This document shows positions 1 through 10,260 of a DNA stretch of 47,668 nucleotides, piece by piece. The position numbers were made by a program, and so were the translations under genes. Source of the stretch: Candidatus Nomurabacteria bacterium RIFOXYB1_FULL_39_16 (GTDB lineage Bacteria > Patescibacteriota > Minisyncoccia > Phycocordibacterales > UBA9973); contig MFWB01000011.1 in assembly GCA_001787205.1 (NCBI GenBank), positions 1 through 47,668 on the forward strand, in the 5' to 3' direction. Every line of letters starts with the position of its first letter. Position 1 is the stretch's first letter. The notes below the pieces were generated by a model that saw only the letters and a program-made list of their open reading frames with translations, was not told the origin of the DNA and did no database searches.

Positions 1-914
<914 letters not shown>

Positions 915-1249
915 AAGAAATTTAGAAATCACAACCCGCCTTTCGGCGGGACGCTCCTCCGTTTTTACGGAGTAAGCAAAGCCAAAATTTTAACAGAAAT
1001 ATTCTTTCACGACCGCTCGCTACTAAAATATTTTTTTGGCTTTTTTCTGTCTGCGACCGAAAAGACCCTAATTGTGCACCTTGCACCAAGGATAATTATC
1101 GCGACAGAGTTTCAATTTTCAAAGTGTCATTCCGTCCTGATTTTTCAAACAAAAAACCGCCTTTTGGGCGGGCCTTACAGACAAAAAGAAAGTCTGCTCT
1201 AACGCCGCCTTCTTAAACTGTTTCTTGTAATTATCATACTGATTAAAGG

Positions 1250-1278
1250 AGTATAATCTATAACAAAAAAGATGTCAA
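1250..1278 (-). promoter_or_regulatory. Sigma70 promoter upstream of the 23S rRNA
   Basis: Minus strand reads TTGACA-17 nt-TATACT, near-consensus, about 335 nt upstream of the 23S 5' end. Confidence 0.85.
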
Positions 1279-1294
1279 TGGGGACATCTTTTTT
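1265..1294 (-). terminator. Hairpin terminator of the upstream surface-protein gene, overlapping the rRNA -35 box
   Basis: AAAAAAGATGTC-AATGGG-GACATCTTTTTT inverted repeat about 30 nt after the stop at 1322. Confidence 0.6.
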
Positions 1295-1321
1295 GGGTTA
1301 TAACTGATATTTTGTCTTTAA

Positions 1322-3040
1322 TTAATTAGCAACTTCCAGAGCTGAAATGGATTTGGGCCCTACTACCCCATCAGCCTTTAATCCAGCATTGGCTTGAAAA
1401 GCCTTAACAGCAATAAGAGTTCTCGGACCAAATTTACCATCAGAAATTAAACCTATGCGAGATTGTAGACAGGACACATCTGCACCGGATGAACCTAGTC
1501 TCAATGTACTAGTTATAGTACAGGTAGTTATTGGAGTGATTGTTGTTTTTCCATTACAAAGTTCACCAGTTGTCGAGCTATATCCATAAACTGATGTACA
1601 ACCTGAAGGAAGAGTTTCTAACCGACAAGATTTTCCATCATAAGCGCTGTATCCTTGCGTTGAAGTACAACCACAACGGAAACCAGTTGTTGAATCAAAT
1701 CCGTTTTTGCAAACTGGAGTAGGTGTTGTGGTCGGAGCACAAGAGTTTCCATCATAAGAACTGTAGCCTGAGGTTGACGTACATCCACAACGAAAACCAG
1801 TGTTTACATCATAACCATTTTTACAATCAAAAGTAGGAGGTGTGATGGTTGGTGTTCCAGAAATAATACTAAATGCTGCGTTGCTTGAATCACAATTAGC
1901 TGTACCTGTCTGGCAAACTTTAATCTTATACTTACCTGCAGGAACTTCAAAAGCTGAAGAATCTTGGCTATTTCCAGACCAATTTGGAATTGTCCAATTA
2001 TATGAAGAACCTGATACATTTTTAGCGATTGTACGTGGTTGAAAATAAGGATACGTAGGACAACTATTAGTAGTACAAGGTGGTTGATATAGATTAAGAG
2101 TAACATCATAAGTCCTTGGAGCTGGTGAAACACAATATGCCCCAGGTGGACATGTTGGAAAGTCTATCTTGTCTTTCCATTTAATTATCTGAGTTGTTCC
2201 CTTTACCCAAGCTTCTCCCCCATTTGGAGAAAGAACGGTAACGTTTGAAGTAACAGAATCGGAAATATTTACTGTAACAGTGTTAGATTTATGTGTTTTG
2301 CCATTTTGATATATTTCAACATAAAAGTAACTGGAACCACTAGTATTTGCAGGACCACAAGTCATTGTCCACACTGAATCGCTTGTGGAATTATTACTAC
2401 AAGAGTTTGCATTACCAAAATTCTGATCAAAGAAAAAGGCTCTACTGTATCCACGTCCTAAATTCTTGGGTTCACCAGATATCAAAAATGTACTTCCTGG
2501 ATTAACTGTAATATATTGTCCTGAAACCCCCTCGCTGGACGCAGTCAACATAATAGAGGGTTGAAGTGTTGTCACTTTCCCCACTTGCACATTCAGACTT
2601 GTTGAGGCGCTTTGCCCGTTATCATTTGTAACTATAAATGTTGGTGTATAGTCCCCAGCTTGTGAATAACTGTGAGTGAACGTCGCGGACTGTTGCATAA
2701 TTGGACGTTTTCCTGAACTTGAATCTAACAAAAGAGACGCGTATATTTCATCTCCCCAAACCACACCATATGATAGACTTCCTCCATTTCTATCATAAGC
2801 TTTTACTGTCCAAGTTCCTGTTCCGTTGACATCTAAATATTGTGGTCCAGAAACTCCAGAAATAACCGGAGACTGGTAGTCTGGTGGCATTGTTGTTGTG
2901 CCACAAGGCTCACCCGTTGTTGCACTGTAATTAGTAGTAGAGCTACAACCAGCCACAATTGCCTCCACAGAATCAGTGTTAAAAATAAACAAACCAAGAA
3001 CAAACAGAAGAGCAAACAGACCAAATTTGTATTTTTTCAT
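1322..3040 (-). CDS. Secreted cell-surface protein: PKD/Ig-like domains, Cys-rich GCTSxxGYSxxxG repeats, C-terminal peptidoglycan-binding domain
   Basis: Signal peptide MKKYKFGLFALL (start moved to ATG 3040); PKD-like FTHSYSQAGDYTPTFIVT; PG-binding motif LRLGSSGADVSCLQ...DGKFGPRT..AVKAFQ...GLKADGVVGPKS. Confidence 0.85.
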   Translation of the reverse strand: MKKYKFGLFALLFVLGLFIFNTDSVEAIVAGCSSTTNYSATTGEPCGTTTMPPDYQSPVISGVSGPQYLDVNGTGTWTVKAYDRNGGSLSYGVVWGDEIYASLLLDSSSGKRPIMQQSATFTHSYSQAGDYTPTFIVTNDNGQSASTSLNVQVGKVTTLQPSIMLTASSEGVSGQYITVNPGSTFLISGEPKNLGRGYSRAFFFDQNFGNANSCSNNSTSDSVWTMTCGPANTSGSSYFYVEIYQNGKTHKSNTVTVNISDSVTSNVTVLSPNGGEAWVKGTTQIIKWKDKIDFPTCPPGAYCVSPAPRTYDVTLNLYQPPCTTNSCPTYPYFQPRTIAKNVSGSSYNWTIPNWSGNSQDSSAFEVPAGKYKIKVCQTGTANCDSSNAAFSIISGTPTITPPTFDCKNGYDVNTGFRCGCTSTSGYSSYDGNSCAPTTTPTPVCKNGFDSTTGFRCGCTSTQGYSAYDGKSCRLETLPSGCTSVYGYSSTTGELCNGKTTITPITTCTITSTLRLGSSGADVSCLQSRIGLISDGKFGPRTLIAVKAFQANAGLKADGVVGPKSISALEVAN

Positions 3041-3102
3041 AATATTTAAAATATACCACTTTTTTAAAATATGTAAATACCACAAAACCATACTTTTTTA
3101 AG

Positions 3103-4005
3103 CTAGCTTTGCGCCCAACCGACGAACTTGAAAGTCTTTAGCATTTCTTCAATTTTCGCTGCATTCGGTCCGCTAAATTGATAACCCACATTCCCCTGTC
3201 TAAACCAGTAAAAAGTAACTCCGCTATAAGTGTATACATTAAATGTGGTCTCGCCAATTTTTATACTTTTTATATATGTGTAATTTGGAAGATCATATTT
3301 TACCCACCAAGAAACATCTTTCACATAAGACAGCCCACCGGACGGTAAGGAGATACTAATGTAAGGTCCGCCTTCTGACTCTTCTTCGTGAGGAATATAT
3401 CCTGCGGGTAACTCAATCGTAAATCCGTGATTTTTGTAAGTATAAGTATTTTTGGTTGGTGGTGTTACAAAATAATCTTTCACAAAAACATTCTCCGGAA
3501 CTTTAGTTAATTCTTGGAAGCTGACTATCTCGTTATTTCTCATAAGGCTGACTGTATATGTGCTAATAGAATAAGATGCATCTCCATATTTCTTTACTAA
3601 ATTTTGCCAATCAACAAGGGGGAATTCTCCTTGATTTTTAAAAGTTTCTAAAATTTTAAATTGACCGTTGGTAAAATTCAGTACAGCCATACCCACGCTA
3701 TAACCATCTTCAAAACTTACAAACAAATTGTTATTTCCGATAAATTGAACACTGTAAGGGCTCAACCAAGCTGTCGTTCCTGGATGGGTTGGTCTAAAAG
3801 AAATAGAAGTTTGAATTATTTGCCAATTAGTTTTTAAGCTTGCTAAGATTTCTGTTTCAGTAATTACATTGTTTTGTGTCCCCGCATCAACCACATCAGG
3901 AGCTTCGGCTTTTTGATTTTTATAAATATACACACCGCCACCCACTAATAATAAAATTATTATTCCTAATAGTATGGGCACCACAAAACCATTATTTGTT
4001 TTCAT
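3103..4005 (-). CDS. Membrane-anchored hypothetical protein with a pilin-like N-terminus
   Basis: 300-aa ORF. N-terminus MKTNNGF followed by a hydrophobic helix resembles a class III signal peptide but lacks E5. Confidence 0.75.
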   Translation of the reverse strand: MKTNNGFVVPILLGIIILLLVGGGVYIYKNQKAEAPDVVDAGTQNNVITETEILASLKTNWQIIQTSISFRPTHPGTTAWLSPYSVQFIGNNNLFVSFEDGYSVGMAVLNFTNGQFKILETFKNQGEFPLVDWQNLVKKYGDASYSISTYTVSLMRNNEIVSFQELTKVPENVFVKDYFVTPPTKNTYTYKNHGFTIELPAGYIPHEEESEGGPYISISLPSGGLSYVKDVSWWVKYDLPNYTYIKSIKIGETTFNVYTYSGVTFYWFRQGNVGYQFSGPNAAKIEEMLKTFKFVGWAQS

Positions 4006-4042
4006 ATATCAAGCATACTACTTTTAAATCAGTTCGTTAAAT

Positions 4043-4075
4043 CAAAAAGCCCCCGACTAGGTCGGGGGCTTTTTG
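4043..4075. terminator. Rho-independent terminator (symmetric A/T tails)
   Basis: CAAAAAGCCCCCGAC-TAG-GTCGGGGGCTTTTTG. A second hairpin (TGAGCGAGG/CCTCGCTCA) lies at 4081-4103. Confidence 0.85.
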
Positions 4076-4107
4076 TATTCTGAGCGAGGACTACCCTCGC
4101 TCACTTG

Positions 4108-4800
4108 TTATCTTTGTGAAACTTCTTCACTCAATTTGGAGATAAATCGGGAAGCGTGGTCTTTACCACCCAAGCCGAAAGCCAAAGCGCCACCTAGGGC
4201 AACCATAGCGATGATTCCAGAGAAAAGAATACTCATATAATCACCGAGTCCGAGTTTACCGAGCGCGATGATGATAGCGAATACCCAGACAGCGTATTTA
4301 GCGATAGTGGAGAGCAGGTTTGCCGCTTTTAAATCTACTGCCTTTGCAGCAGCCAGCACAGTCTTGGATAAACCTTCAGAAACCACAGCAGCAATAATCA
4401 AAACAAAAGCAGCAATGATAACTTGAGGCAAGAATCCGAGAACGCTTTCTTCCAAGAAAGAGGAAACATCGGTTAAGCCAACCAAATTTAGAGAAGGAAG
4501 CAGGAAGACGATTATAACAAACCACCTTACTACCTGCCCTACAAAATATCCCGTGTTAAGATTTACTCCGGCTTTTCTGAAGAAGCCTTCCGCGCCGATA
4601 GACTTAAAAAGGTTGTCTATTTTTAAGCTGGAAAATACTTGTTCAATCGCTCTAGCGACCACAGAACCGAGCAACCAACCGATAAAAAAGAAAACGACTG
4701 CCATGAGAAGTCTCGGAGTAAACTGAACGAAACCCCACCATAAACTCTGCAATGATGAATTGAAAACATCACCCCAGGTAAGCCAAATGTTATTTACCAT
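4108..4800 (-). CDS. TM-helix repeat / MscS (CmpX)-like membrane protein
   Basis: Several TM helices; motifs FTPRLLMAVVFFFIGW, FLPQVIIAAFVL and ALAFGLGGKD are typical of this family. Confidence 0.8.
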   Translation of the reverse strand: MVNNIWLTWGDVFNSSLQSLWWGFVQFTPRLLMAVVFFFIGWLLGSVVARAIEQVFSSLKIDNLFKSIGAEGFFRKAGVNLNTGYFVGQVVRWFVIIVFLLPSLNLVGLTDVSSFLEESVLGFLPQVIIAAFVLIIAAVVSEGLSKTVLAAAKAVDLKAANLLSTIAKYAVWVFAIIIALGKLGLGDYMSILFSGIIAMVALGGALAFGLGGKDHASRFISKLSEEVSQR

Positions 4801-4879
4801 AATAATTAATTATTAATACCAATAAAATACTTTGCTAAGTTTCGACCTTATTAAAGTTATGCTTATATTGTATCAGTTT

Positions 4880-5461
4880 TTAGGCTTTCTGTAAGACTTG
4901 TGTGGATAACTCTTTCGCCTGCAAGACTACCTCGTGCGGATAATCTAAAATATCTCGAACGAGTTTGTCGTACATATTTAATCTATATAGAAATTCTTTT
5001 GTTTCAAAAACAGCATAGACGAGCTCCATACCTATTTCAGCTTCTATTCTTTTTATCCCTTCTTCTATTTTTCCTCTTTTCATCTTATCACCCACAATCA
5101 AGAGATCCACCCTAGAATCATGATTCTTTATAAAAATACCGGAAGTTACAACGAGCTTCATACGCCCAACCTTTTTGAAATTATTTAAAATAGCTTGATT
5201 GCTAAGTGTATCCGAGCCCAGAAGCAAACCCTCAAATTCTTCACCATATTTGAATGCTGAATTATAAGACCAGTCCACCGTTCGTTTTTTAACAAAACCA
5301 ATAGAAGATAGTAAGCGAAGCTCCCGACGAGCAAGGTCAGGATTCACCCGACTTCTCTTTACTACATCTTTTGTCGTAAAACCTTTGCCACGGTTAAGCA
5401 GAAAAAGTCGCATGATTTTTACCCGAGCAGAACTACCTAAAATTTTTCCAAGAATTTCCAT
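4880..5461 (-). CDS. Hypothetical protein: N-terminal winged HTH plus nucleotidyltransferase-like domain
   Basis: LGSSARVKIMRLFLLN...ARRELRLLSSIGFV (wHTH-like); DSRVDLLIVGD (NTase-fold-like). Confidence 0.7.
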   Translation of the reverse strand: MEILGKILGSSARVKIMRLFLLNRGKGFTTKDVVKRSRVNPDLARRELRLLSSIGFVKKRTVDWSYNSAFKYGEEFEGLLLGSDTLSNQAILNNFKKVGRMKLVVTSGIFIKNHDSRVDLLIVGDKMKRGKIEEGIKRIEAEIGMELVYAVFETKEFLYRLNMYDKLVRDILDYPHEVVLQAKELSTQVLQKA

Positions 5462-5510
5462 ATCATCCAGTATACTGCGTTTTTTATAAAAAACAACGTT
5501 TACCTAAACG

Positions 5511-5538
5511 AAAAACACCCCTTTTAGGGGGTGTTTTT
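5511..5538 (-). terminator. Terminator of the rplJL operon
   Basis: AAAAACACCCC-TTTTAG-GGGGTGTTTTT. Confidence 0.85.
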
Positions 5539-5543
5539 AAAGG

Positions 5544-5659
5544 TTATTTTAATTCAACGTTGGCCACACATAAATTCTTGCTAGAATTTTGCGCAGCCCC
5601 CGCCTCAGCGCCGACGCGCTTCCGGCCGAAAAGTTGAACCTATTTTAGTTCAACTTTTC
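5544..5659 (-). repeat. Duplicated rplL 3' end (VELK-stop twice, 96 nt apart, in frame) with internal hairpins
   Basis: Minus strand has GTTGAACTAAAATAG (5640-5654) and GTTGAATTAAAATAA (5544-5558). Hairpin AAAAGTTGAAC-TAAAATAG-GTTCAACTTTT. Confidence 0.8.
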
Positions 5660-6008
5660 CACCAGCCTCTTCTATCTTCTTTTTAAGATCATCAGCTTCC
5701 GCCTTCTTCATTCCCTCTTTAAGGGTTGAAGGGGCAGCATCCACTAAGTCTTTTGCGTCTTTTAAGCCGAGGCCTAGAGCTTCTTTAACGACTTTCATCA
5801 CTGCGATTTTCTGTTCACCCGCAGAAGCTAGGACTACAGTAAATGCATCCTTCTCTTCAGCTGCTTCAGCTCCCGCTGCTGCGCCCGCTCCTACTGATGC
5901 GACTGCCGCTGCAGATACTCCGAACTTTTCCTCAATAGCCTTCACCAAGTCATTCAATTCCAAGACTGATGCGCTCTCGAGATCTTTCATAAATGAATCA
6001 AATTTCAT
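5640..6008 (-). CDS. rplL: 50S ribosomal protein L7/L12
   Basis: [22 protein letters not shown]...[22 protein letters not shown]. Confidence 0.98.
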   Translation of the reverse strand: MKFDSFMKDLESASVLELNDLVKAIEEKFGVSAAAVASVGAGAAAGAEAAEEKDAFTVVLASAGEQKIAVMKVVKEALGLGLKDAKDLVDAAPSTLKEGMKKAEADDLKKKIEEAGGKVELK

Positions 6009-6034
6009 AATTTTATTTTAATTAATTATTAATA

Positions 6035-6514
6035 TTATTTTTTCTTCGACACTTCGTTTACTGCAATAGCCAGACGCTGGATAGGACTCTTGAGCAAGAA
6101 CGCAATCTTGGAAAGCAATACTTCCCTGCTTGGTATCGTTGCCAGCTCCATCATATAAGCGCTGTCTACAAATTTCCCATCAAAAATTCCACCGAGGATG
6201 TTCAACATTCCTTTATGGGTCTTTTGAAAGTTATATACTTCACGTGGTGAAGAAATAGCGTCCGCAGAATACGCAATGGCAACTTCTCCTCCAAGCTCTG
6301 GGACAACTCCTTCCGCTTTTCCTTCAAGGGCTCGCTTCAGAAGAGTCTTCCTTCCTACTTTATAGCTCACTCCTTGTTCTCTCAAGCTACTTCGAAGTTT
6401 TGTCTCATCACTCACTTTTAATCCATGGAAATTCACAAAGACTAAAGATTCGGAGTTTTTTATTGCTCCTTCCAGGTCCTTGATCATTTCTTCTTTTCTT
6501 GATTTTTGTAACAT
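6035..6514 (-). CDS. rplJ: 50S ribosomal protein L10
   Basis: FVNFHGLKV...KLRSSLR...YKVGRKTLLKRAL...LATIPSREVLL; directly upstream of rplL. Confidence 0.96.
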   Translation of the reverse strand: MLQKSRKEEMIKDLEGAIKNSESLVFVNFHGLKVSDETKLRSSLREQGVSYKVGRKTLLKRALEGKAEGVVPELGGEVAIAYSADAISSPREVYNFQKTHKGMLNILGGIFDGKFVDSAYMMELATIPSREVLLSKIAFLLKSPIQRLAIAVNEVSKKK

Positions 6515-6539
6515 ATATTTTTGTTTTTTATCTTAAACG

Positions 6540-6634
6540 ACAAAAACGGCTTTCGCCGCAAGTTTTCCTCCGTCAAATGACAGAATATCGACCCACTAAA
6601 TAGGACTTAATGTTTGCCTACTTTCTCTGCGGTA
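6540..6634 (-). promoter_or_regulatory. Putative L10 leader (autoregulatory RNA)
   Basis: 5' UTR of rplJ reads CCGCAGAGAAAGTAGG...TTAA..CCTA, resembling the L10-leader core. Extended -10 TGCTATATT at 6640-6648. Confidence 0.55.
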
Positions 6635-6656
6635 AATACAATATAGCACAAATGCC

Positions 6657-6800
6657 CTATTTTGCAAATCCTATCTTATTGTTCAGTGTTTCCATAAACT
6701 CCCCTCCGCCGTCAAAATACATCACCAAATAAACCCCCACCAGCCCGAAAATCACTATTATTGTAAATATAAACAAAGTCTTAAAAAAATGTTTGACCAT
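6657..6800 (-). CDS. Small single-TM hypothetical protein (47 aa)
   Basis: MVKHFFKTLFIFTIIVIFGLVGVYLV; TGATATACT lies 7 nt before ATG 6800. The longer ORF version overlaps the upstream gene. Confidence 0.6.
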   Translation of the reverse strand: MVKHFFKTLFIFTIIVIFGLVGVYLVMYFDGGGEFMETLNNKIGFAK

Positions 6801-6813
6801 TGTCTTTAGTATA

Positions 6814-9800
6814 TCAGACTTCCCCGACACCTGGTGTCGGGGTGGGGATAACAACTTCTTCAAGAGGGTCTGGGACAGGCGGAGGAATCTCCTCTGGAAT
6901 CTCCTCCGGAGTATCTGGAGTTTCAGGAGTTTCTTCCCCGACACCTGGTGTCGGGGTGGGGATAACTTCTGGCACTTCTTCTATCATGATCTCTTCTGGG
7001 ACATCTTCTATAATTTCTACCGTAATAGCGTACGGAGAAAGATAATCATTAAATTCACCACCAGCTAAATTTTTGAGATGCAATTTAATTTTATAAATAC
7101 CTTCTTGCAGGGTCGTCCCTTCGCCCGACAAGTTTCCATCCCAATTTTCGGAACAAGTGGTTTTGTTGTCGCAATCATCTCCGGGGTAAAAATATTTGTA
7201 GAGAGTTTCATCGTCTTCCTTTTCAATTTTAAGAGATACCCAATCCACTTCCTCGTCCGCGATGAAATTAATAGAAACAGGTTCAGTCAACGGATTGGTC
7301 GTAATGTCGCCCACTACTCCATTAAATGTATATTCCGTAATTGTCGGCGCAGTGCCGAGTTCGGGCTCTGGATCAACGACGACTGATTCATCTACAATAT
7401 ACACCGTTCCTGCTTCACTTACTCCTCCGTACCCACTCCAACCATTAGCGGTACTTTGCCCAGAAAAAGAAGAAGTTTTAGAATAGAGAGCTATTCTTCC
7501 TCCGCCACCAGGGCCATAACACACGTCAGGACAATACGACCCCCCTCCATCCACTTTGAATTTTCCTACGCCTTCTAAAGTTTCAGTTGTTATAAATATA
7601 CTCCCACCACTTGAAGTATTGTCGCCAATGGCGGAAATTATTCCATCATTTACCAGGGTGTCTTCAACAATCATTCTAATAGCCCCTCCGCCAAAAGGAT
7701 GGTACCCTCCTCCTCCACTTCCGAATTGGGTAGGTTCTGTCTTGGAACCATATATTGATGATGCCACATTGCCACTACCCAATCCTCCGTGACTTGCTCC
7801 AGAATAATTGGCGGTCGGTGCTCCAGGTCCGGCGTTTAAACTGTAACCCTTGCCGTCCGCTAAAATAGACGAGCTTGAGTCAACAGTAATGTTTGGAATC
7901 TCCAAGAAAAGCGTTTTTTCTGGAATAATCGTAATTAGCGAGTTTTCAGTCAATTCGAGAGATTCGGCGTTAATTGTTTCTTCTCCAGAGAGAGTGAGGG
8001 TGGATTTTTCATCAATGATAATTTGCGCAATGTCTAAAACTTGGTCCTTAGCTAAAGCTAAAGAGGAATTGTCCTTGATGAGAATTTTATCTGCCGTGAC
8101 AGAAACGCCTTCTTCCGAAATTACTTTTGCGCCGTTTGAAATAAAAATATTATTAAAGGAAAATGGACCATCATCATTTCTGAATTGCCACGAAGAGTCT
8201 ACATAAAAATCATTCTCCGATTCATCAAATATACCGACGGTGCCATCTTGAGCACAAACTTGAGTCCAACCATCGTAACTTCCACATCCACCTTTTGCTT
8301 CTATCATTCCTTCAAAAGAAGAAGTTTCATAATATAGAGCAATCCTTCCTCCACCACCAGGACTCTTGAAAAAGCCGGTGAAAAAAAGCGCTCCACCGTT
8401 TGCATGCAGTGTGCCATTTCCCGCTATTTTTTTAGTTGATACATAAATACTTCCTCCGCTACTTGCGTTCCCTCCGGAAGCGGAAACTGTTCCGTTGTTG
8501 GTAAAGGTATCCGATACGATCAGCTGGATAGCCCCTCCTCCCCGATGCAACCAAGCTCCTCCACCACTACCCAAGTCAATTGGTCTTATTGCCGAACCAT
8601 AAGTAACTGCAGACAAAGGGTTACCAGTATGGTCACCATGGCTAGCACCAACGGTAGGGTCACTTGAAGTTCCGGGTCCTAAATTTTCTGGACCGTAACC
8701 CTTTTGATCTGCAGAAATAGATGCTCCTTCTGTAATGGTTAAATTAACAGCATTTATTTTTACTCCCTTGAAAGCATTAGTGGATTCCTGGTCTCCTTCT
8801 AGAGTTAAAATTGCGTTATTGGTTATCACTAAATTTTCATAATTATATTCGCCGGGAGCTAGAGTGGTATTCTCATCAATCGTAAAAGTATCCAATTGAA
8901 CAGGATCTTCTGGAACAGGTTCCTCGGGGTCTGATTCTTCTGGATCTGGCTCCTCTGGGTCTGGTTCCGCTGGATCGGGTTCCTCCGGGTCCGGATTTGA
9001 CACGACGGGGTCTTCTTCAGGGTCTTCTGTTTCTGGTTCCGGCTCTGGTTCCACTGGCTCCGGTTCTTCTACTTCTACTTCTGGTTCTGAAGTTGACGAC
9101 CCTCCTCCGCCACCACCGCCACTACTACGACGACGAGGCTTTTCACCAGAATCAGCTATTTCTTTGGTCTTCTCTTCTGTTGGCGCGTCTTCATCTAGAT
9201 TTTCATCCGAAACTGGCATTGGCACTGGTTTTATATTTTTAGGAACTTGTTCCTTAGGAATTTGTTCTTGTGGAGGAGCTACGTCATCCGATTCAGTATC
9301 ATCCGCTGAATTATTTTCATCTGTCGGCGGTAAATCTATGGCCAAGTCACCGCCCTCCGGCAAACTTTCTATGACATTGCCCATCAAAGCATTCCCTATC
9401 GCCATGCCCACGTTGTATGCGCCGACTATTATATCTCTTGCTAAAATTGCCGTCGGGTCTGCCACTGCTAACATTATTTTTAGTATTTTATGTCCCAAAG
9501 TAAGTTCTGGTGGAGAAATACAAGGTCCACTCTCTTCTTGTTCGTCATTTTCTTTGAGGTTGTTGAGCGCGGATTTAATATCTCTGACGATTCTGTCTCC
9601 TTCATATTTCAGGTAAACATTTGAAAAGCTGTGCCCGTTGCCATCAATATCTTGTGAAACTGGTATGTGAACATTCGGCGATAAAATTTTTATAAAACGA
9701 GCTACGCTGGTTGCGATGACGCTATCTGTGTCGGAAGTTAAATATTTTCCTCCGCCCGCAACCCTATTCGCGGGGGTAGCCACACCATACACGCCGATTG

Positions 9801-10239
9801 ATTCTTCTGGCACTCCGCCCTGCTGTGAAGCCGTCTTATCGTAAAAGTTATTAGCATAAAAGTTCCCTTGAGAGTGCGCAACCAATAGAAGCTTTTGCGT
9901 TTCTACATTCTCGCTTGCGTCATTCAACATTTCCGTTAGGTCGTAATCAGACTTTTGTTCAAAAATTCCTTGGGCCACAGCGTCCACAAAATCCCCCACA
10001 CCAGCAAGATGGGTAGGGTTGTAGAGATAATCTATGTTTATCTTTCGCTTTTTGTGTGGTTCACGAAGTTTAAATTTTAAAGCATCTTTATTATATATAG
10101 CACCATCCAAATCAGTAAATATCCCATTAATAGTTAAAATAGTATAACCATTTGGAGAACACGATTCACTTGCAGAAACTTTTGAAAAAAAAGAACAAAA
10201 CAAAACCATAACAAGAATAATATATATTCTGTACTTCAT
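6814..10239 (-). CDS. Large secreted protein: alpha/beta-hydrolase-like domain, acidic Pro/Glu linker, duplicated Gly-rich domain, Ig/FlgD-like C-terminus
   Basis: Signal peptide; nucleophile-elbow-like LLLVAHSQGNFYAN; two GASHG...YGS...P...GSGGG...GGGAI...GGGGRIA repeats; WDGNLSGEGTTLQEGIYKIKL. Confidence 0.8.
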   Translation of the reverse strand: MKYRIYIILVMVLFCSFFSKVSASESCSPNGYTILTINGIFTDLDGAIYNKDALKFKLREPHKKRKINIDYLYNPTHLAGVGDFVDAVAQGIFEQKSDYDLTEMLNDASENVETQKLLLVAHSQGNFYANNFYDKTASQQGGVPEESIGVYGVATPANRVAGGGKYLTSDTDSVIATSVARFIKILSPNVHIPVSQDIDGNGHSFSNVYLKYEGDRIVRDIKSALNNLKENDEQEESGPCISPPELTLGHKILKIMLAVADPTAILARDIIVGAYNVGMAIGNALMGNVIESLPEGGDLAIDLPPTDENNSADDTESDDVAPPQEQIPKEQVPKNIKPVPMPVSDENLDEDAPTEEKTKEIADSGEKPRRRSSGGGGGGGSSTSEPEVEVEEPEPVEPEPEPETEDPEEDPVVSNPDPEEPDPAEPDPEEPDPEESDPEEPVPEDPVQLDTFTIDENTTLAPGEYNYENLVITNNAILTLEGDQESTNAFKGVKINAVNLTITEGASISADQKGYGPENLGPGTSSDPTVGASHGDHTGNPLSAVTYGSAIRPIDLGSGGGAWLHRGGGAIQLIVSDTFTNNGTVSASGGNASSGGSIYVSTKKIAGNGTLHANGGALFFTGFFKSPGGGGRIALYYETSSFEGMIEAKGGCGSYDGWTQVCAQDGTVGIFDESENDFYVDSSWQFRNDDGPFSFNNIFISNGAKVISEEGVSVTADKILIKDNSSLALAKDQVLDIAQIIIDEKSTLTLSGEETINAESLELTENSLITIIPEKTLFLEIPNITVDSSSSILADGKGYSLNAGPGAPTANYSGASHGGLGSGNVASSIYGSKTEPTQFGSGGGGYHPFGGGAIRMIVEDTLVNDGIISAIGDNTSSGGSIFITTETLEGVGKFKVDGGGSYCPDVCYGPGGGGRIALYSKTSSFSGQSTANGWSGYGGVSEAGTVYIVDESVVVDPEPELGTAPTITEYTFNGVVGDITTNPLTEPVSINFIADEEVDWVSLKIEKEDDETLYKYFYPGDDCDNKTTCSENWDGNLSGEGTTLQEGIYKIKLHLKNLAGGEFNDYLSPYAITVEIIEDVPEEIMIEEVPEVIPTPTPGVGEETPETPDTPEEIPEEIPPPVPDPLEEVVIPTPTPGVGEV
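6819..6966. repeat. Two identical 34-bp copies (6819-6852, 6933-6966) with a palindromic core, inside a CDS
   Basis: CTTCCCCGACACCTGGTGTCGGGGTGGGGATAAC twice; core CCCCGACACC-T-GGTGTCGGGG; encodes IPTPTPGVGE. Confidence 0.9.
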
Positions 10240-10260
10240 ATAAAAAAAATTATTAAGCTT

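Noticed and set aside
915-1249. tRNA in an rRNA spacer
   Set aside because: No cloverleaf or TTC-loop motif found; the region is a leader rather than a 16S-23S spacer.
6657-6944. 95-aa version of the small ORF
   Set aside because: The extension overlaps the upstream gene and its repeats; ATG 6800 has a -10 box at the typical distance.
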